Positions 45,801-54,327 of a DNA stretch of 64,000 nucleotides are shown here, in pieces. The DNA comes from an uncultured Caldilineales bacterium (GTDB lineage Bacteria; Chloroflexota; Anaerolineae; J102): positions 74-64,073 of the forward strand of contig CAZYSY010000095.1 in assembly GCA_964650295.1 (NCBI GenBank). Reading direction: 5' to 3'. The notes below the pieces were generated by a model. That model was not told the DNA's origin. It saw nothing but the letters and a program-made list of their open reading frames with translations, and did not search any database. Both the position numbers and the translations under genes were made by a program. Every line of letters starts with the position of its first letter. The first letter of the stretch is position 1.

Positions 45801-47774
45801 GTGAAGGTGCGAGGTTTTCGGGTGGAGTTGGGCGAGATCGAGAGCATCTTGCGCACGCATCCCCAAGTGCAGGATGTGGTGGTCGACGCGCGGCGCGATG
45901 GCGCTGCCGGCGATGTCACGCGGCTGGTCGCATACTTCGTGCCATTGACTGGAGCAGATCTATCCCCGGTCCAGTTGCGCAACTTCTTGCAATCTCGACT
46001 GCCCGAATATATGGTTCCCGCCTTTTTCGTGGCCATGGAGAAGCTGCCTCTTTCTTCCGTTGGCAAGGTCAATCGGCGCGCACTGCCTCCGCCAGATGTT
46101 TCCAGCATGGAGCGGGAAAGCCTCTTTGTTCCGCCTCGCACAGAGAAAGAGAGTATCCTGGCCCGCGTGTGGGCTGATGTGTTGGGATTGGAACAAGTAA
46201 GTGTGGAGGATAATTTCTTCCAGTTGGGCGGCGATTCCATCCTCAGCATTCAGGTGGTGGCGCGGGCCAGTCAGGCAGGATTGAAACTTTCGCCCCAGGA
46301 CATCTTTCAATATCCCACTATCGGGCAGTTGGCCGCAGTGGCCCAGAAAGGGGTGCGCATCCAGGCTGAACAAGGCATCGTCACTGGCTCAGTTCCGCTA
46401 ACACCCATTCAACATTGGTTCTTCCAACAGAATTTCGCAGACAAACATCATTGGAATCAGAGTCTGTTGTTGGAAGTGAAGCAAGAGCTCGACATAAAAA
46501 TTTTACAGAAGGCCATCGCCGCACTGTTGGCTCATCATGATGCTTTGCGTTTGCGATTTCGGCAAACGCCCGCTGGGTGGACGCAGGAGCTCTCCGGGTT
46601 GGAGACTTCTTCACCGGTGGAGGTAGTGGACCTGAGCGCGACCTTGAATCCAAATCAAGCGGTGATTGAGGTGGCTCGTCGCATCCAGGCCAGTTTCGAT
46701 CTGGAGCGGGGACCATTGCTGCGAGTGGCTTACATGCGGCTGGGACCCGCCTCCACCGATCGTTTGCTGATCGTGGCGCACCATTTGGCTGTTGATGGCG
46801 TTTCCTGGCGCATCCTCATGGAGGATTTGCAACGGGCATATCTGCAACTCTCGCAGGGACTGGCGCTTTCATTGCCCGCAAAAACCACCTCATACCAACA
46901 TTGGGCCCAACGCCTGCAATCGTATGCTCTGTCTGAAGATGTGGCCCAACAGGCCCGTTTCTGGCTGGAGATGCCATTCCCGTCGCAGATTTCGGTGGAC
47001 TACGAAGGAGGGAGAAACACCGAGGTGTTGGCCCGAAGCGTGATCTCGGAGCTAGATGAGGCCAACACGCGAGCCTTGTTGCACGATGTGCCTCCAGTTT
47101 ATCGCACCGAAATCAATGATGTGTTACTAACCGCACTGGCTCAGGCTATTTTGCGCTGGCAGGGCGTGGCCGCGTGGGTGGGGCTGGAGGGACACGGTCG
47201 GGCGGATTTATTCCCAGATGTGGATATCTCCCGCACGGTGGGTTGGTTCACCACCCTTCATCCGCTGTTATTGGACGTGAGTCGGGTCTATGGACCGGGC
47301 GAGGCAATGATGCAGATCAAGGAACAATTGCGTGCCGTGCCCGATCATGGCATCGCTTTTGGCCTAGCAAAGTACATGCGCGACGATGATGTGGCTCAGG
47401 TTTTGCAGGCTTTGCCTGAGCCTGATATCGTGTTCAACTACCTGGGGCAGGCTCAGCCGGGCGTTGCCGCTGGCGGTCTGTTTGGCCCCGCGCCCGAACC
47501 AAAAGGCCCAGACCGCAGTCCTCGCGCCCATCGCGCCCACCTCATCGAGGTCAATGGCGGCGTGAGCGCCGGGCGTTTAAGCATGGTCTGGACATTTAGC
47601 CGCGAGCAATTCCAGCAGGAAAGTATCCAGCGCCTGGCCGATCATTTTACCGAAGCGCTATTGCAGATCATTGCCCATTGCCAGCGCCCTGACGCTGGCG
47701 GAGTCACTCCTTCTGACTTTGATCTGGCGGATCTGGATCAACACGATCTGGACAACATTCTGGGCAAATTTTGA
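39855..47774 (+). CDS. NRPS: C-A(Thr)-PCP (M10) and C-A-PCP-E (M11)
   Basis: The track starts it at ATG 39771. The internal ATG 39855 gives 'MPNYLQQLAKLSPEKRKLFEQMLRARG', which parallels the 23987 N-terminus, and has the same 'ttctATG' context as 23987 and 54328. Motifs: C 'HHIISDGWS', A 'YVIYTSGSTGQPKGV', PCP 'FFHRGGHSLLATQVISRL', C 'HHIVSDGWS', A, PCP 'GGDSILSIQVVARA', E 'HHLAVDGVSW'. Confidence 0.9.
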   Translation: MPNYLQQLAKLSPEKRKLFEQMLRARGIDILELGIPPQPREQEGYPLSFAQQRLWFLEQLEPGTAMYNIPLAVRLQGRVDVAVLERSINAIVQRHETLRTVFRSHQGEPQQVILPELHIPIPVDDLRVLPLESQEAQAMQLAQNEARQPFDLERGPLLRVRLLQLAADDFIALLTMHHIISDGWSLGVMLQELATFYQAFAQGESPNLPQLSIQYVDFAIWQRQWLAGERLDVQLDYWKQELADIPSLLTLPADHPRPPVQSTRGGTHSFELSPQLSRDLRSLARRYDVTPFMLLMAAFQALLARYSGQDDICVGTPVANRQRTEIEPLIGFFANTLVIRGQLYDDPSFADFLQLIKQRVIAAQAHQDVPFETLVDELEPERDMSYTPLFQVMFSFQAAANQAIQLPGLRMMQMPMDSGAIKFDLSLVMIDHPQQLRGRIAYNRDIFEPETVARMMNHFITLLQGVAQHPEQSISRLPLLTNKERLHVLNAFPHARSFPASRPLSQWFEEQAAATPDRIALTFEDKHYTYRQLNARANQLAHYLRSQGVGPETLVGLLLERSEALVIAILGILKAGAAYVPIDPIYPSERMAFMLQDTAAPVLITQASLKDRAAGMPLELVILDEMSSVLDVQSQQNPTSLATPQNLAYVIYTSGSTGQPKGVLITHANVARLMTATEPWYHFNEEDVWTLFHSYAFDFSVWELWGPLLYGGRLVVVPYMASRSPEAFYELLLRERITVLNQTPSAFRQLIRVAEAREKPAEMPLRLIIFGGEALELQSLRPWFHLFGDEKPQLVNMYGITETTVHVTYRPIRMVDLDNAPGSVIGGPIPDLELYVLDPHGQLQPFGVPGELYVGGAGVARGYLNRPGLTAQRFVPNPFGSRAGDRLYKTGDLARMLPGGDVEYLGRIDFQVKIRGFRVELGEIESVLAQHESVGESVALVREDTPGDQRLVAYVVAAPGHEIDSAQLRAHCQRSLPDYMVPAAFVTLNAIPLTPNGKVDRRALPPPDWSQTTVKVVYEPPRTPTEEIIATIWSQVLGVEPIGAFDHFFHRGGHSLLATQVISRLREAFQIDLPLRALFEHSTVAELAQVVDITLHEAQGLHLPPIEPLPRDGSSRPLSFAQQRLWFLDQLEPHSPQYNIPDAVRIRGHLDVSALEKSLNEVVRRHDVLRAIFPTVDGVAHQIIQPQLHIPLTVQDLGHLSPLERETEAMRRAQAEAKRPFDLAQGPLIRTTLLRLDEEDHLFLLTMHHIVSDGWSTGVLIRELSALYPAFLRGQPSPLPDLRIQYPDFAAWQRNWLQGEQLERQLDYWRQTLAGMPPTLHLPTDRARPPVQTHTGGYYPFALDPELTQQIKAFSQQEDATLFMTLLAAFQAFLYRYSGQDDFGVGTPVANRSHPDLEKLIGFFVNTLVLRADLRDSPGFRQLLARVRETALGAYAHQDLPFEMLVDALQPHRDLRQSPLFQVMFMLNPAGNAPSLPLADLKFERVATETGISLFDLTLILNEGPEGIAGGVEYNADLFDESTIARMMRHFQQLLVHMLAAPDAEIAALPLLDELERQRLVATWRQTPIHAPELCLHHLFEDQAQRSPEAIAVLQENVALTYRELEQRANRLAHHLRSLGVGPEVLVGLSVERSPQMLVGLLGILKAGGAYLPLDPHYPQERLQTMLEDAGATIIVTDDAATVYHYASPDTVLVSPEGDHLSGYPMTPPQVDVAPENLAYVIYTSGSTGQPKGVAVAHASVVNHNLAMAASFELTSADKFLQFSTINFDAALEEIFPAWSRGATVVLRGRERIVAPAELNHLVRRFDVTILDFPTAYWHQWVQEMANAGESLPPSVRLVIVGGEKALQQIYETWRKLTGGQVRWLNTYGPTEGAIVVTTYDPVADTFWQPGRDLPIGQPLPNVRCYVLDDGLEPTPVGVAGELYIGGVAVARGYLNRPQLTAQAFIPDPFSIEPGARMYRTGDLARVLPGGNIEYVGRRDHQVKVRGFRVELGEIESILRTHPQVQDVVVDARRDGAAGDVTRLVAYFVPLTGADLSPVQLRNFLQSRLPEYMVPAFFVAMEKLPLSSVGKVNRRALPPPDVSSMERESLFVPPRTEKESILARVWADVLGLEQVSVEDNFFQLGGDSILSIQVVARASQAGLKLSPQDIFQYPTIGQLAAVAQKGVRIQAEQGIVTGSVPLTPIQHWFFQQNFADKHHWNQSLLLEVKQELDIKILQKAIAALLAHHDALRLRFRQTPAGWTQELSGLETSSPVEVVDLSATLNPNQAVIEVARRIQASFDLERGPLLRVAYMRLGPASTDRLLIVAHHLAVDGVSWRILMEDLQRAYLQLSQGLALSLPAKTTSYQHWAQRLQSYALSEDVAQQARFWLEMPFPSQISVDYEGGRNTEVLARSVISELDEANTRALLHDVPPVYRTEINDVLLTALAQAILRWQGVAAWVGLEGHGRADLFPDVDISRTVGWFTTLHPLLLDVSRVYGPGEAMMQIKEQLRAVPDHGIAFGLAKYMRDDDVAQVLQALPEPDIVFNYLGQAQPGVAAGGLFGPAPEPKGPDRSPRAHRAHLIEVNGGVSAGRLSMVWTFSREQFQQESIQRLADHFTEALLQIIAHCQRPDAGGVTPSDFDLADLDQHDLDNILGKF
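41363..42870 (+). other. Adenylation domain, M10; code DFWNIGMVHK (Thr)
   Basis: Anchors: 'YAFDFSVWE', 'TVLNQTPS', 'LIIFGGEA', 'VNMYGITETTVH', 'NGKVDR'. Exact match to the canonical Thr code. Confidence 0.9.
44581..46090 (+). other. Adenylation domain, M11; code DAEDIGTIVK (unassigned, Lys/basic-like; residue is epimerised)
   Basis: Anchors: 'INFDAALEE', 'TILDFPTA', 'LVIVGGEK', 'LNTYGPTEGAIV', 'VGKVNR'. Confidence 0.8.
46365..47771 (+). other. Epimerisation domain, M11
   Basis: 'AEQGIVTGSVPLTPIQHWFFQQNFADKHHWNQS', 'HHDALRLRF', 'VAHHLAVDGVSWRI', 'EGHGRAD'. Confidence 0.9.
47700..47771 (+). other. COM-type donor tail
   Basis: 'GVTPSDFDLADLDQHDLDNILGKF*', close to the GrsA-type 'TPSDF...L...D.I' donor motif as I recall it. 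Confidence 0.65.
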
Positions 47775-47883
47775 TGCATCATCCTTATCAATGGCGTATC
47801 TATGAGCCGCCTCAAAAATCTAAAACTTTTCATTACACAATAGTCAAAGCAATTTTCAGAACAAGCTCCAACCACATTTCACC

Positions 47884-47949
47884 ATGTCAAAGTCAAACAT
47901 CGAGAACATTTACCCCCTTTCACCCATGCAGCAAGGCATGCTCTTCCAC
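47884..47949 (+). other. COM-type acceptor N-terminus
   Basis: 'MSKSNIENIYPLSPMQQGMLFH'. Confidence 0.6.
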
Positions 47950-50900
47950 AGCCTTTACGATCCTGAGGACGATGTCTATGTAGAGCAAATGTACTGCAAG
48001 CTCGTAGGGCCGCTGGACACAGTAGCCTTTGCCACGGCTTGGCGTCAGCTCATCCAGCGTCATGCCATTTTGCGCACCGCCTATGTGTGGGAAGATGTGA
48101 AGGAGCCGTTACAGGTTGTGTTACGACAGGTGGAATTGCCCCTGGTGCAGGAGGACTGGCGGAGCTTATCGCCTGCGGAGCAGGAACAGCGATTGCACGA
48201 GGCGCTTACCACAGCTCGAAAACAAGGATTCGATCTGGGCAAGCCCCCTTTGATGACCCTGGCCCTCTATCAAATTGCCGATGATGTGTATTATTTCGTG
48301 TGGACCCATCATCACATCCTTTTTGATGGTTGGTCTTTCCCCATTTTGTTGCAAGAAACGTTTACTCTGTACGAGGCTGCACGCCAGGGCCGACGGGCGC
48401 ATTTGCCTCCGGCCAGGCCCTTCAGTCATTACATCGCCTGGCTGAAGAAGCAAGATAAGGAGCAGGCCCGTGCCTACTGGCAGCGCACCCTGGCTGGATT
48501 TACAACGCCCACCCCCCTGGTGGTGGATGAGCCCAAGCCGCAACAGGGGCAGGGTGGCGGCTCTCGGGCAGAGCAAGAGGTGTGGCTTTCGCCCGAAATT
48601 TCAGACAAATTGAACGCGTTGGCCCGGCAAAATCAGCTCACCATGAGCACCCTGGTGCAGGGAGCCTGGGCCTTGTTGCTGCATCGCTACAGTGGCGAGG
48701 ATGATGTGATGTTCGGGGCCACAGTTTCGGGGCGTCCCCCAGAGCTGCCTGGTGCGGAGATGATGGTAGGGCTGTTTATCAACACCCTGCCTGTGCGAGC
48801 ACTCATCGATGAAGAGTTGCCGCTGCGGGTGTGGCTACAGGATTTGCAGGCCCGGCAGGCGGAACAGCGTCGCTACGAATATAGCACCCTGGTGCAAATT
48901 CGCGAGTGGAGCGACGCCCAGCGCGGCGTTCCTTTATTCGAGAGCATCCTGGTCTTTGAAAATTATCCTGTCGACCCTGCTATGGCCAGCCAGCAAGGGA
49001 GTTTGCGCATCGAAGATCTGCATTCCATCGAACGCACCAATTATCCCCTAACCTTGGTTTCGGGCTCGGGCCAGCAATTGTTGCTGAAAATTTCTTACGA
49101 TACTTCCCGCTTCCACGATGACACCATCCAGCGCATGTTGGGGCATTTGCGAACCTTGCTGGAGGGCATGGCAGTCGATTTGGAGCAGCCATTGCGCACG
49201 CTGCCCATGCTAACCACGGAGGAGCAGCAACAGTTGCTGGTGGAATGGCAGGGGCCAGAGGTTAATTTTCCGGCTGAAGCCACAGTGGTAAGCTTGTTCG
49301 ATGCCCAGGCTGCGGCCACACCAGCCGCGCCAGCTTTGCAGTTTGGGGATCAGGTGGTCTCTTATGCCGAGCTTCAGGCTCGCGCTAATCAGCTGGCGCA
49401 TCATTTGCTGGGCCTGGGTGTGCAGCCCGGTGAGATGGTGGGGTTGTTCGTAGAAAAGTCGGTCGAGATGGTGGTGGGGCTGTTGGGCATCCTCAAAGCA
49501 GGCGCCGCCTATGTCCCCATCGATCCTACCTATCCGGCGGAGCGCGTGGCCTACATGCTACGCACTGCTGATGCGTGCTGGCTCATCACCGATACGCCAG
49601 AGCGAGCGCAGATGGCCGCCCGCACCACTTCTCCTGAGCACATCCTGCTGCTTACGGATGCTGCAGTGGCTCAGGCCCCGCCAACGCGGCCCCCTGTGCT
49701 AATCAATCCTGAACAAACCGCCTATGTCATCTTTACCTCAGGCTCCACAGGTCAGCCCAAAGGCGTACTGGTGTCGCATCGCGCTTTAGCCAATCATGCC
49801 CAGGCCATGATGGCAGCGACCGAATTGGGGCCCAGCGATCGGATGTTGCAACTTATCTCACTCAGTTTCGATGCCGCCGGCGAAGAGATTTATCCCACCC
49901 TGTTGGCTGGGGCTACTCTGGTCATTCCCGCTTCCAGCCGTGAGTTGTTGGGGCAAGAAGTGGCCCGGGCCTGTGAGGAGGCTGGAATCACTGTGTTGCA
50001 CATGCCCGCGGCTGTGTGGCATGTGGTGGTGGATGATTTGTTGGCCAACGATGGCAGGTTGGAGGCCCATTTAAGGCTGTTGATGTTAGGTGGCGACGCT
50101 CCTTCTGCGTCGCGACTGCACGCGTTTGGCCACATGTTGGGGAAGGATATTCCCTTCATCAATCTTTATGGCCCCACCGAGGCCACCATCACCAGCGTTT
50201 TTTATCGCACTACCATAGCTGATGCTGTCGATCCTGTACCCATTGGGCGTCCCATCGCCAATAACCAGGTCTATGTATTGGATAAAGCCCAGCGCCTCGC
50301 GCCGGTGGGAGTGCCTGGCGAGCTTTACATTGGCGGTGCTGGGCTGGCTAATGGCTATCTTAACCAGCCCCAATTGACCGCTCAGGCATTTGTAGAAAAT
50401 CCTTTCCACCCGGGCCAGCGACTCTATCGCACCGGTGACCTGGTGCGTTGGCTACCCGATGGCAATTTGCTCTTTTTGGGACGGGTGGATGATCAAGTGA
50501 AAATTCGAGGCTTTCGCGTGGAGCCTGGCGAAGTAGAGCATGTACTCAACAGTCTGGCTGCAGTTCAAGATGCAGCGGTGGTGGTGAGAGAGGATGAGTC
50601 ATCTGGTCAAAAGCAACTCGTCGCTTACGTGGCGCCCGAAGAGGTTGATGCTGCCGCCCTGCGCACTCAGTTGCAGACTCGTTTGCCCGAATATCTCATT
50701 CCCTCTGCCTTTGTATTTCTGCCCGAACTGCCTCGTTTACCCGGAGGCAAGCTGGATCGTCGCTCCTTGCCCTCGCCCACCCCCACCCGCGCCGCGTCTG
50801 GTGCAGGATACGCCCCGGCCCGCACGCCCGCAGAAGAACTTTTAATCGCCATCTGGCAGGGTGTGTTGGGCGTGGAGCAGTTGGGAGTGCACGACAATTT

Positions 50901-53900
50901 CTTCGAGCTGGGTGGACATTCTTTGCTGGCCACGCAGTTGATCTCGCGGGTGCGCAGCGCCTTTCAGGTCGAGATCCCTGTGCGCACCCTTTTCGAACAT
51001 CCCACCATTGCTCAGTTGGCTCAGGCCATCCAACAGGCTCAGGAAGACGCCGCAGGCCTGAATTTACCCCCAATCGCGCCGGGCGAGCGGGATGATCGCA
51101 TTCCCCTTTCCTTTGCCCAGCAGCGTTTGTGGTTTCTGGATCAATTGGAACCTGGAAATCTGGCTTACAACATTCCAACGGTAGTGCGCTTGCAGGGACA
51201 GCTGGATGTGGTCGCGTTACAACGGAGCTTACAAGAAATCGTGCGACGGCATGAGGTGCTGCGCACCCGTTTCCTGGCCGACGGAGGCCAGCCCCACCAG
51301 GTCATCGAGCCCGAGCTGCAACTGGAACTGCCTGTCATTGATCTCAGCCATCTGCCCGAGACCGAGCGAGAGGTGGAAGCCCGACGGCGCGCCACAGAAC
51401 TGGTGCGCCAACCTTTCGATCTGGCTCGGGATCCCCTGTTGCGAGGGATGTTGCTGCGCCTGGGAGCTGAAGAGCATATGGCGGTCATGGTCATGCACCA
51501 CATCGTCTCCGACGCTTGGTCGATTGGCATTTTTATTAATGAATTGACGATGCTCTACCAAGCCTTTCATCAAGGCCAGCCTTCGCCTCTGCCCGAACTT
51601 CCCATTCAGTACGCCGACTACGCTATGTGGCAGCAGCGCCATTTGCAGGGCGAAGCTCTGGACGCACAATTAGCCTACTGGAGGCGGCAACTGGCGGGAG
51701 CCCCCGCGTTGTTGGATATTCCCACCGATCGCCCCCGACCTCCAGTACAGACTTCCACCGGCGCCAGCTACAACTTTCAGCTTAGTCCCAAACTTTCGCG
51801 TCGGTTACGGCAGGTGGGGCGCGAGCAGGGGGCGACGTTGTTCATGGTGTTACTGGCTGGCTACCAGGCATTGCTTTCGCGCTATTCGGGCCAGGAGGAT
51901 ATCAGCGTGGGCTCCGCGTTGGCCAATCGCACCCGGGCTGAGACCGAACCCCTAATTGGATTTTTCATCAACACTCTGGTCTTCCGCACCAGCTTGGCGG
52001 GCGATCCCAGCTTTCGAGAGCTGTTGCGACGGGTGCGAGAAGTGGCTTTGGGCGCATATGCGCATCAGGATGCACCCTTTGAGATGTTGGTAGATGCATT
52101 ACAGCCCGAACGCGATCTCAGCCATTCCCCTCTGTTCCAGGCCGCGTTCTCTTGGCAAAACATCCCCATGCAGGCCCGGCGACTCGAGGGGCTGACAGTG
52201 GCTCCGGTGGAGTTGGAAAGTGGCGTGGCACAGTTTGATTTGCTGCTGACCATGGAGGAGCGCGGTGAGATCATCACTGGTAACATGGATTATAACGCAG
52301 ATCTCTTCGATGCGAGCACCATCCAGCGTATGATGGGGCATTATCAACGTTTGTTGGAAGGCGCTGTGGCGCATTTGGATACTCCAGTGAACCGTCTGCC
52401 CTTGCTGACGCCCGAAGAAGAGCAACTGATGTTGGTGGAGTGGAATCGCACCGAAGCGCATTTCTCTGCGGATACTACTATTCATCAGCTTTTCCATGAG
52501 CAGGCGGCTCGCACTCCTGCAGCGCCCGCGGTTTGCTTTGCAGATCACGTACTCACTTACGCCGAGTTGGAGGCCCGCGCCAATCAGCTGGCGCATCACC
52601 TGCAGAAGCTGGGGGTGGGCCCTGAAACAGTGGTGGGGGTTTGCACTACTCGTTCTCCCGAGATGGTGGTGGGGATTTTGGGCGTGTTGAAAGCGGGTGG
52701 AGCGTATTTGCCTCTGGACCCCAACTACCCCGCTGAGCGTCTGGCCTACATGATCCAGGATTCCCGCACGCCGGTGCTATTGACCCAGGCTTCGTTGTTG
52801 CCCCGTCTGCCAGTGCATGAAGCCACGACCGTGTTGTTGGATGAGCATTGGCCACAGATTGCGCGGGGACCAGCATATGCCCCCGAATGTCGATCCACAG
52901 CCGACAACCTGGCGTATGTAATCTACACGTCGGGCTCGACGGGCAAACCCAAGGGCGCGATGTTGCAACACCGCGGTTTGTGCAATCTCACCGAGGTGCA
53001 GCGACGGGCGTTCTTCTTGCAAGAGGGCAAGCGCGTGTTACAATTCTCGGCGCTCAGTTTCGACGCTTCGGTGTGGGAGATCTTTCAGGCGTTGCGCAAT
53101 GGCGCGGCCATCTGCCTGGCGCGACAGGAGCAACTGACCTCTGGCCCCGAATTACTGAAGTTGATGCAGGAGCAGCGCATCACAACTGCCACGCTCCCTC
53201 CATCCTTGCTTTCGGTGCTGCCCGTGGCAGAGCTCCCTCATCTCGAGACGTTGATCTCGGCGGGAGAGCATTGTGCGGGCGAAATTGTGGCCCGTTGGGC
53301 TCCGGGACGCCGGTTTTTCAATGCTTATGGCCCGACCGAAACCACGGTGTGTGCGTCCATGTATCTCATCGATGGCGAGAAGTCATACCCGCAAGGGCCG
53401 CCCATCGGCAAACCCATTGCCAACTTCAAGTTGTATGTGTTGGACTCCCATTTGTTGCCTACACCCATCGGCGTGCCCGGTGAACTTTACATTGCTGGCG
53501 TTGGCTTGGCCAGGGGATATCTGCATCGACCCGAGCTTACCGCCCAGCGTTTCTTGCCCAATCCATTTGTGACAGAGCCTGGAGCTCGCATGTATCGCAC
53601 CGGCGACCTGGTGCGCTGGCTACCCGATGGCAACATCGAGTTCCTGGGCCGTATCGATCATCAGGTGAAGGTGCGGGGCTTCCGCATCGAGCTGGGAGAG
53701 ATCGAGGCGGTATTGCGCACGCATCCCCAGGTGGATGATGCGGTGGTGTTGGCTCGTTCCGATGTGCCCGGCGACACACGATTGGTGGGCTATGTGGTCA
53801 CTAGCGCTGGAGAAGCGCCCTCTACCGATGATTTGCGTCACTTTTTGCGCTCCAAATTGCCCGAATACATGGTTCCCGCTTTTATCATTCCCCTGGAAGC

Positions 53901-54300
53901 GTTTCCGCTGACGCCCAGCGGTAAGGTCGATCGTCAGTCGCTGCCCGCACCAGACGCCACTCGTCCTCAGCAAGAGACGCCCTACGTGGCTCCACGCACC
54001 TCCACCGAGGAAAAACTGGCGAGTATTGCCGCCACCTTGTTGGGGTTGGAACGAGTGGGCGTTGAAGACAATTTCTTCGAGCTGGGTGGGCACAGCCTGT
54101 TGGCCACGCAATTCATTTCCCGTGTGCGCGACGCCTTCGGCGTAGAGGTGTCCCTGCGGCAGTTGTTCGAGGCGCCCACCGTGGCTGGCATCGCCGCGGC
54201 TATCGAAAAGATGCAGCAGGCTGGGCCGTCGACGCAACGCCCCAGTATTGGTCGGGCGTCGCGCCGCGGCCGCCGTATGAAACGCTCCGACTTGAAATAA
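47884..54300 (+). CDS. NRPS: DCL-type C-A-PCP (M12) and C-A(Phe)-PCP (M13)
   Basis: 2138-aa ORF. 'MSKSNIENIYPLSPMQQGMLFH' and 'HHHILFDGWS'. A 'YVIFTSGSTGQPKGV'. PCP 'FFELGGHSLLATQLISRV'. C 'HHIVSDAWS'. A 'YVIYTSGSTGKPKGA'. PCP 'FFELGGHSLLATQFISRV'. Basic tail 'QRPSIGRASRRGRRMKRSDLK'. Confidence 0.95.
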   Translation: MSKSNIENIYPLSPMQQGMLFHSLYDPEDDVYVEQMYCKLVGPLDTVAFATAWRQLIQRHAILRTAYVWEDVKEPLQVVLRQVELPLVQEDWRSLSPAEQEQRLHEALTTARKQGFDLGKPPLMTLALYQIADDVYYFVWTHHHILFDGWSFPILLQETFTLYEAARQGRRAHLPPARPFSHYIAWLKKQDKEQARAYWQRTLAGFTTPTPLVVDEPKPQQGQGGGSRAEQEVWLSPEISDKLNALARQNQLTMSTLVQGAWALLLHRYSGEDDVMFGATVSGRPPELPGAEMMVGLFINTLPVRALIDEELPLRVWLQDLQARQAEQRRYEYSTLVQIREWSDAQRGVPLFESILVFENYPVDPAMASQQGSLRIEDLHSIERTNYPLTLVSGSGQQLLLKISYDTSRFHDDTIQRMLGHLRTLLEGMAVDLEQPLRTLPMLTTEEQQQLLVEWQGPEVNFPAEATVVSLFDAQAAATPAAPALQFGDQVVSYAELQARANQLAHHLLGLGVQPGEMVGLFVEKSVEMVVGLLGILKAGAAYVPIDPTYPAERVAYMLRTADACWLITDTPERAQMAARTTSPEHILLLTDAAVAQAPPTRPPVLINPEQTAYVIFTSGSTGQPKGVLVSHRALANHAQAMMAATELGPSDRMLQLISLSFDAAGEEIYPTLLAGATLVIPASSRELLGQEVARACEEAGITVLHMPAAVWHVVVDDLLANDGRLEAHLRLLMLGGDAPSASRLHAFGHMLGKDIPFINLYGPTEATITSVFYRTTIADAVDPVPIGRPIANNQVYVLDKAQRLAPVGVPGELYIGGAGLANGYLNQPQLTAQAFVENPFHPGQRLYRTGDLVRWLPDGNLLFLGRVDDQVKIRGFRVEPGEVEHVLNSLAAVQDAAVVVREDESSGQKQLVAYVAPEEVDAAALRTQLQTRLPEYLIPSAFVFLPELPRLPGGKLDRRSLPSPTPTRAASGAGYAPARTPAEELLIAIWQGVLGVEQLGVHDNFFELGGHSLLATQLISRVRSAFQVEIPVRTLFEHPTIAQLAQAIQQAQEDAAGLNLPPIAPGERDDRIPLSFAQQRLWFLDQLEPGNLAYNIPTVVRLQGQLDVVALQRSLQEIVRRHEVLRTRFLADGGQPHQVIEPELQLELPVIDLSHLPETEREVEARRRATELVRQPFDLARDPLLRGMLLRLGAEEHMAVMVMHHIVSDAWSIGIFINELTMLYQAFHQGQPSPLPELPIQYADYAMWQQRHLQGEALDAQLAYWRRQLAGAPALLDIPTDRPRPPVQTSTGASYNFQLSPKLSRRLRQVGREQGATLFMVLLAGYQALLSRYSGQEDISVGSALANRTRAETEPLIGFFINTLVFRTSLAGDPSFRELLRRVREVALGAYAHQDAPFEMLVDALQPERDLSHSPLFQAAFSWQNIPMQARRLEGLTVAPVELESGVAQFDLLLTMEERGEIITGNMDYNADLFDASTIQRMMGHYQRLLEGAVAHLDTPVNRLPLLTPEEEQLMLVEWNRTEAHFSADTTIHQLFHEQAARTPAAPAVCFADHVLTYAELEARANQLAHHLQKLGVGPETVVGVCTTRSPEMVVGILGVLKAGGAYLPLDPNYPAERLAYMIQDSRTPVLLTQASLLPRLPVHEATTVLLDEHWPQIARGPAYAPECRSTADNLAYVIYTSGSTGKPKGAMLQHRGLCNLTEVQRRAFFLQEGKRVLQFSALSFDASVWEIFQALRNGAAICLARQEQLTSGPELLKLMQEQRITTATLPPSLLSVLPVAELPHLETLISAGEHCAGEIVARWAPGRRFFNAYGPTETTVCASMYLIDGEKSYPQGPPIGKPIANFKLYVLDSHLLPTPIGVPGELYIAGVGLARGYLHRPELTAQRFLPNPFVTEPGARMYRTGDLVRWLPDGNIEFLGRIDHQVKVRGFRIELGEIEAVLRTHPQVDDAVVLARSDVPGDTRLVGYVVTSAGEAPSTDDLRHFLRSKLPEYMVPAFIIPLEAFPLTPSGKVDRQSLPAPDATRPQQETPYVAPRTSTEEKLASIAATLLGLERVGVEDNFFELGGHSLLATQFISRVRDAFGVEVSLRQLFEAPTVAGIAAAIEKMQQAGPSTQRPSIGRASRRGRRMKRSDLK
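49285..50773 (+). other. Adenylation domain, M12; code DAEHMGLITK (unassigned, same family as M6/M7)
   Basis: Anchors: 'LSFDAAGEE', 'TVLHMPAA', 'LLMLGGDA', 'INLYGPTEATIT', 'GGKLDR'. Confidence 0.8.
52480..53947 (+). other. Adenylation domain, M13; code DAWTIAAVCK (Phe)
   Basis: Anchors: 'LSFDASVWE', 'TTATLPPS', 'TLISAGEH', 'FNAYGPTETTVC', 'SGKVDR'. Confidence 0.88.
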
Positions 54301-54327
54301 CACAATCTTTCTCTCCTTCTTTTTTCT

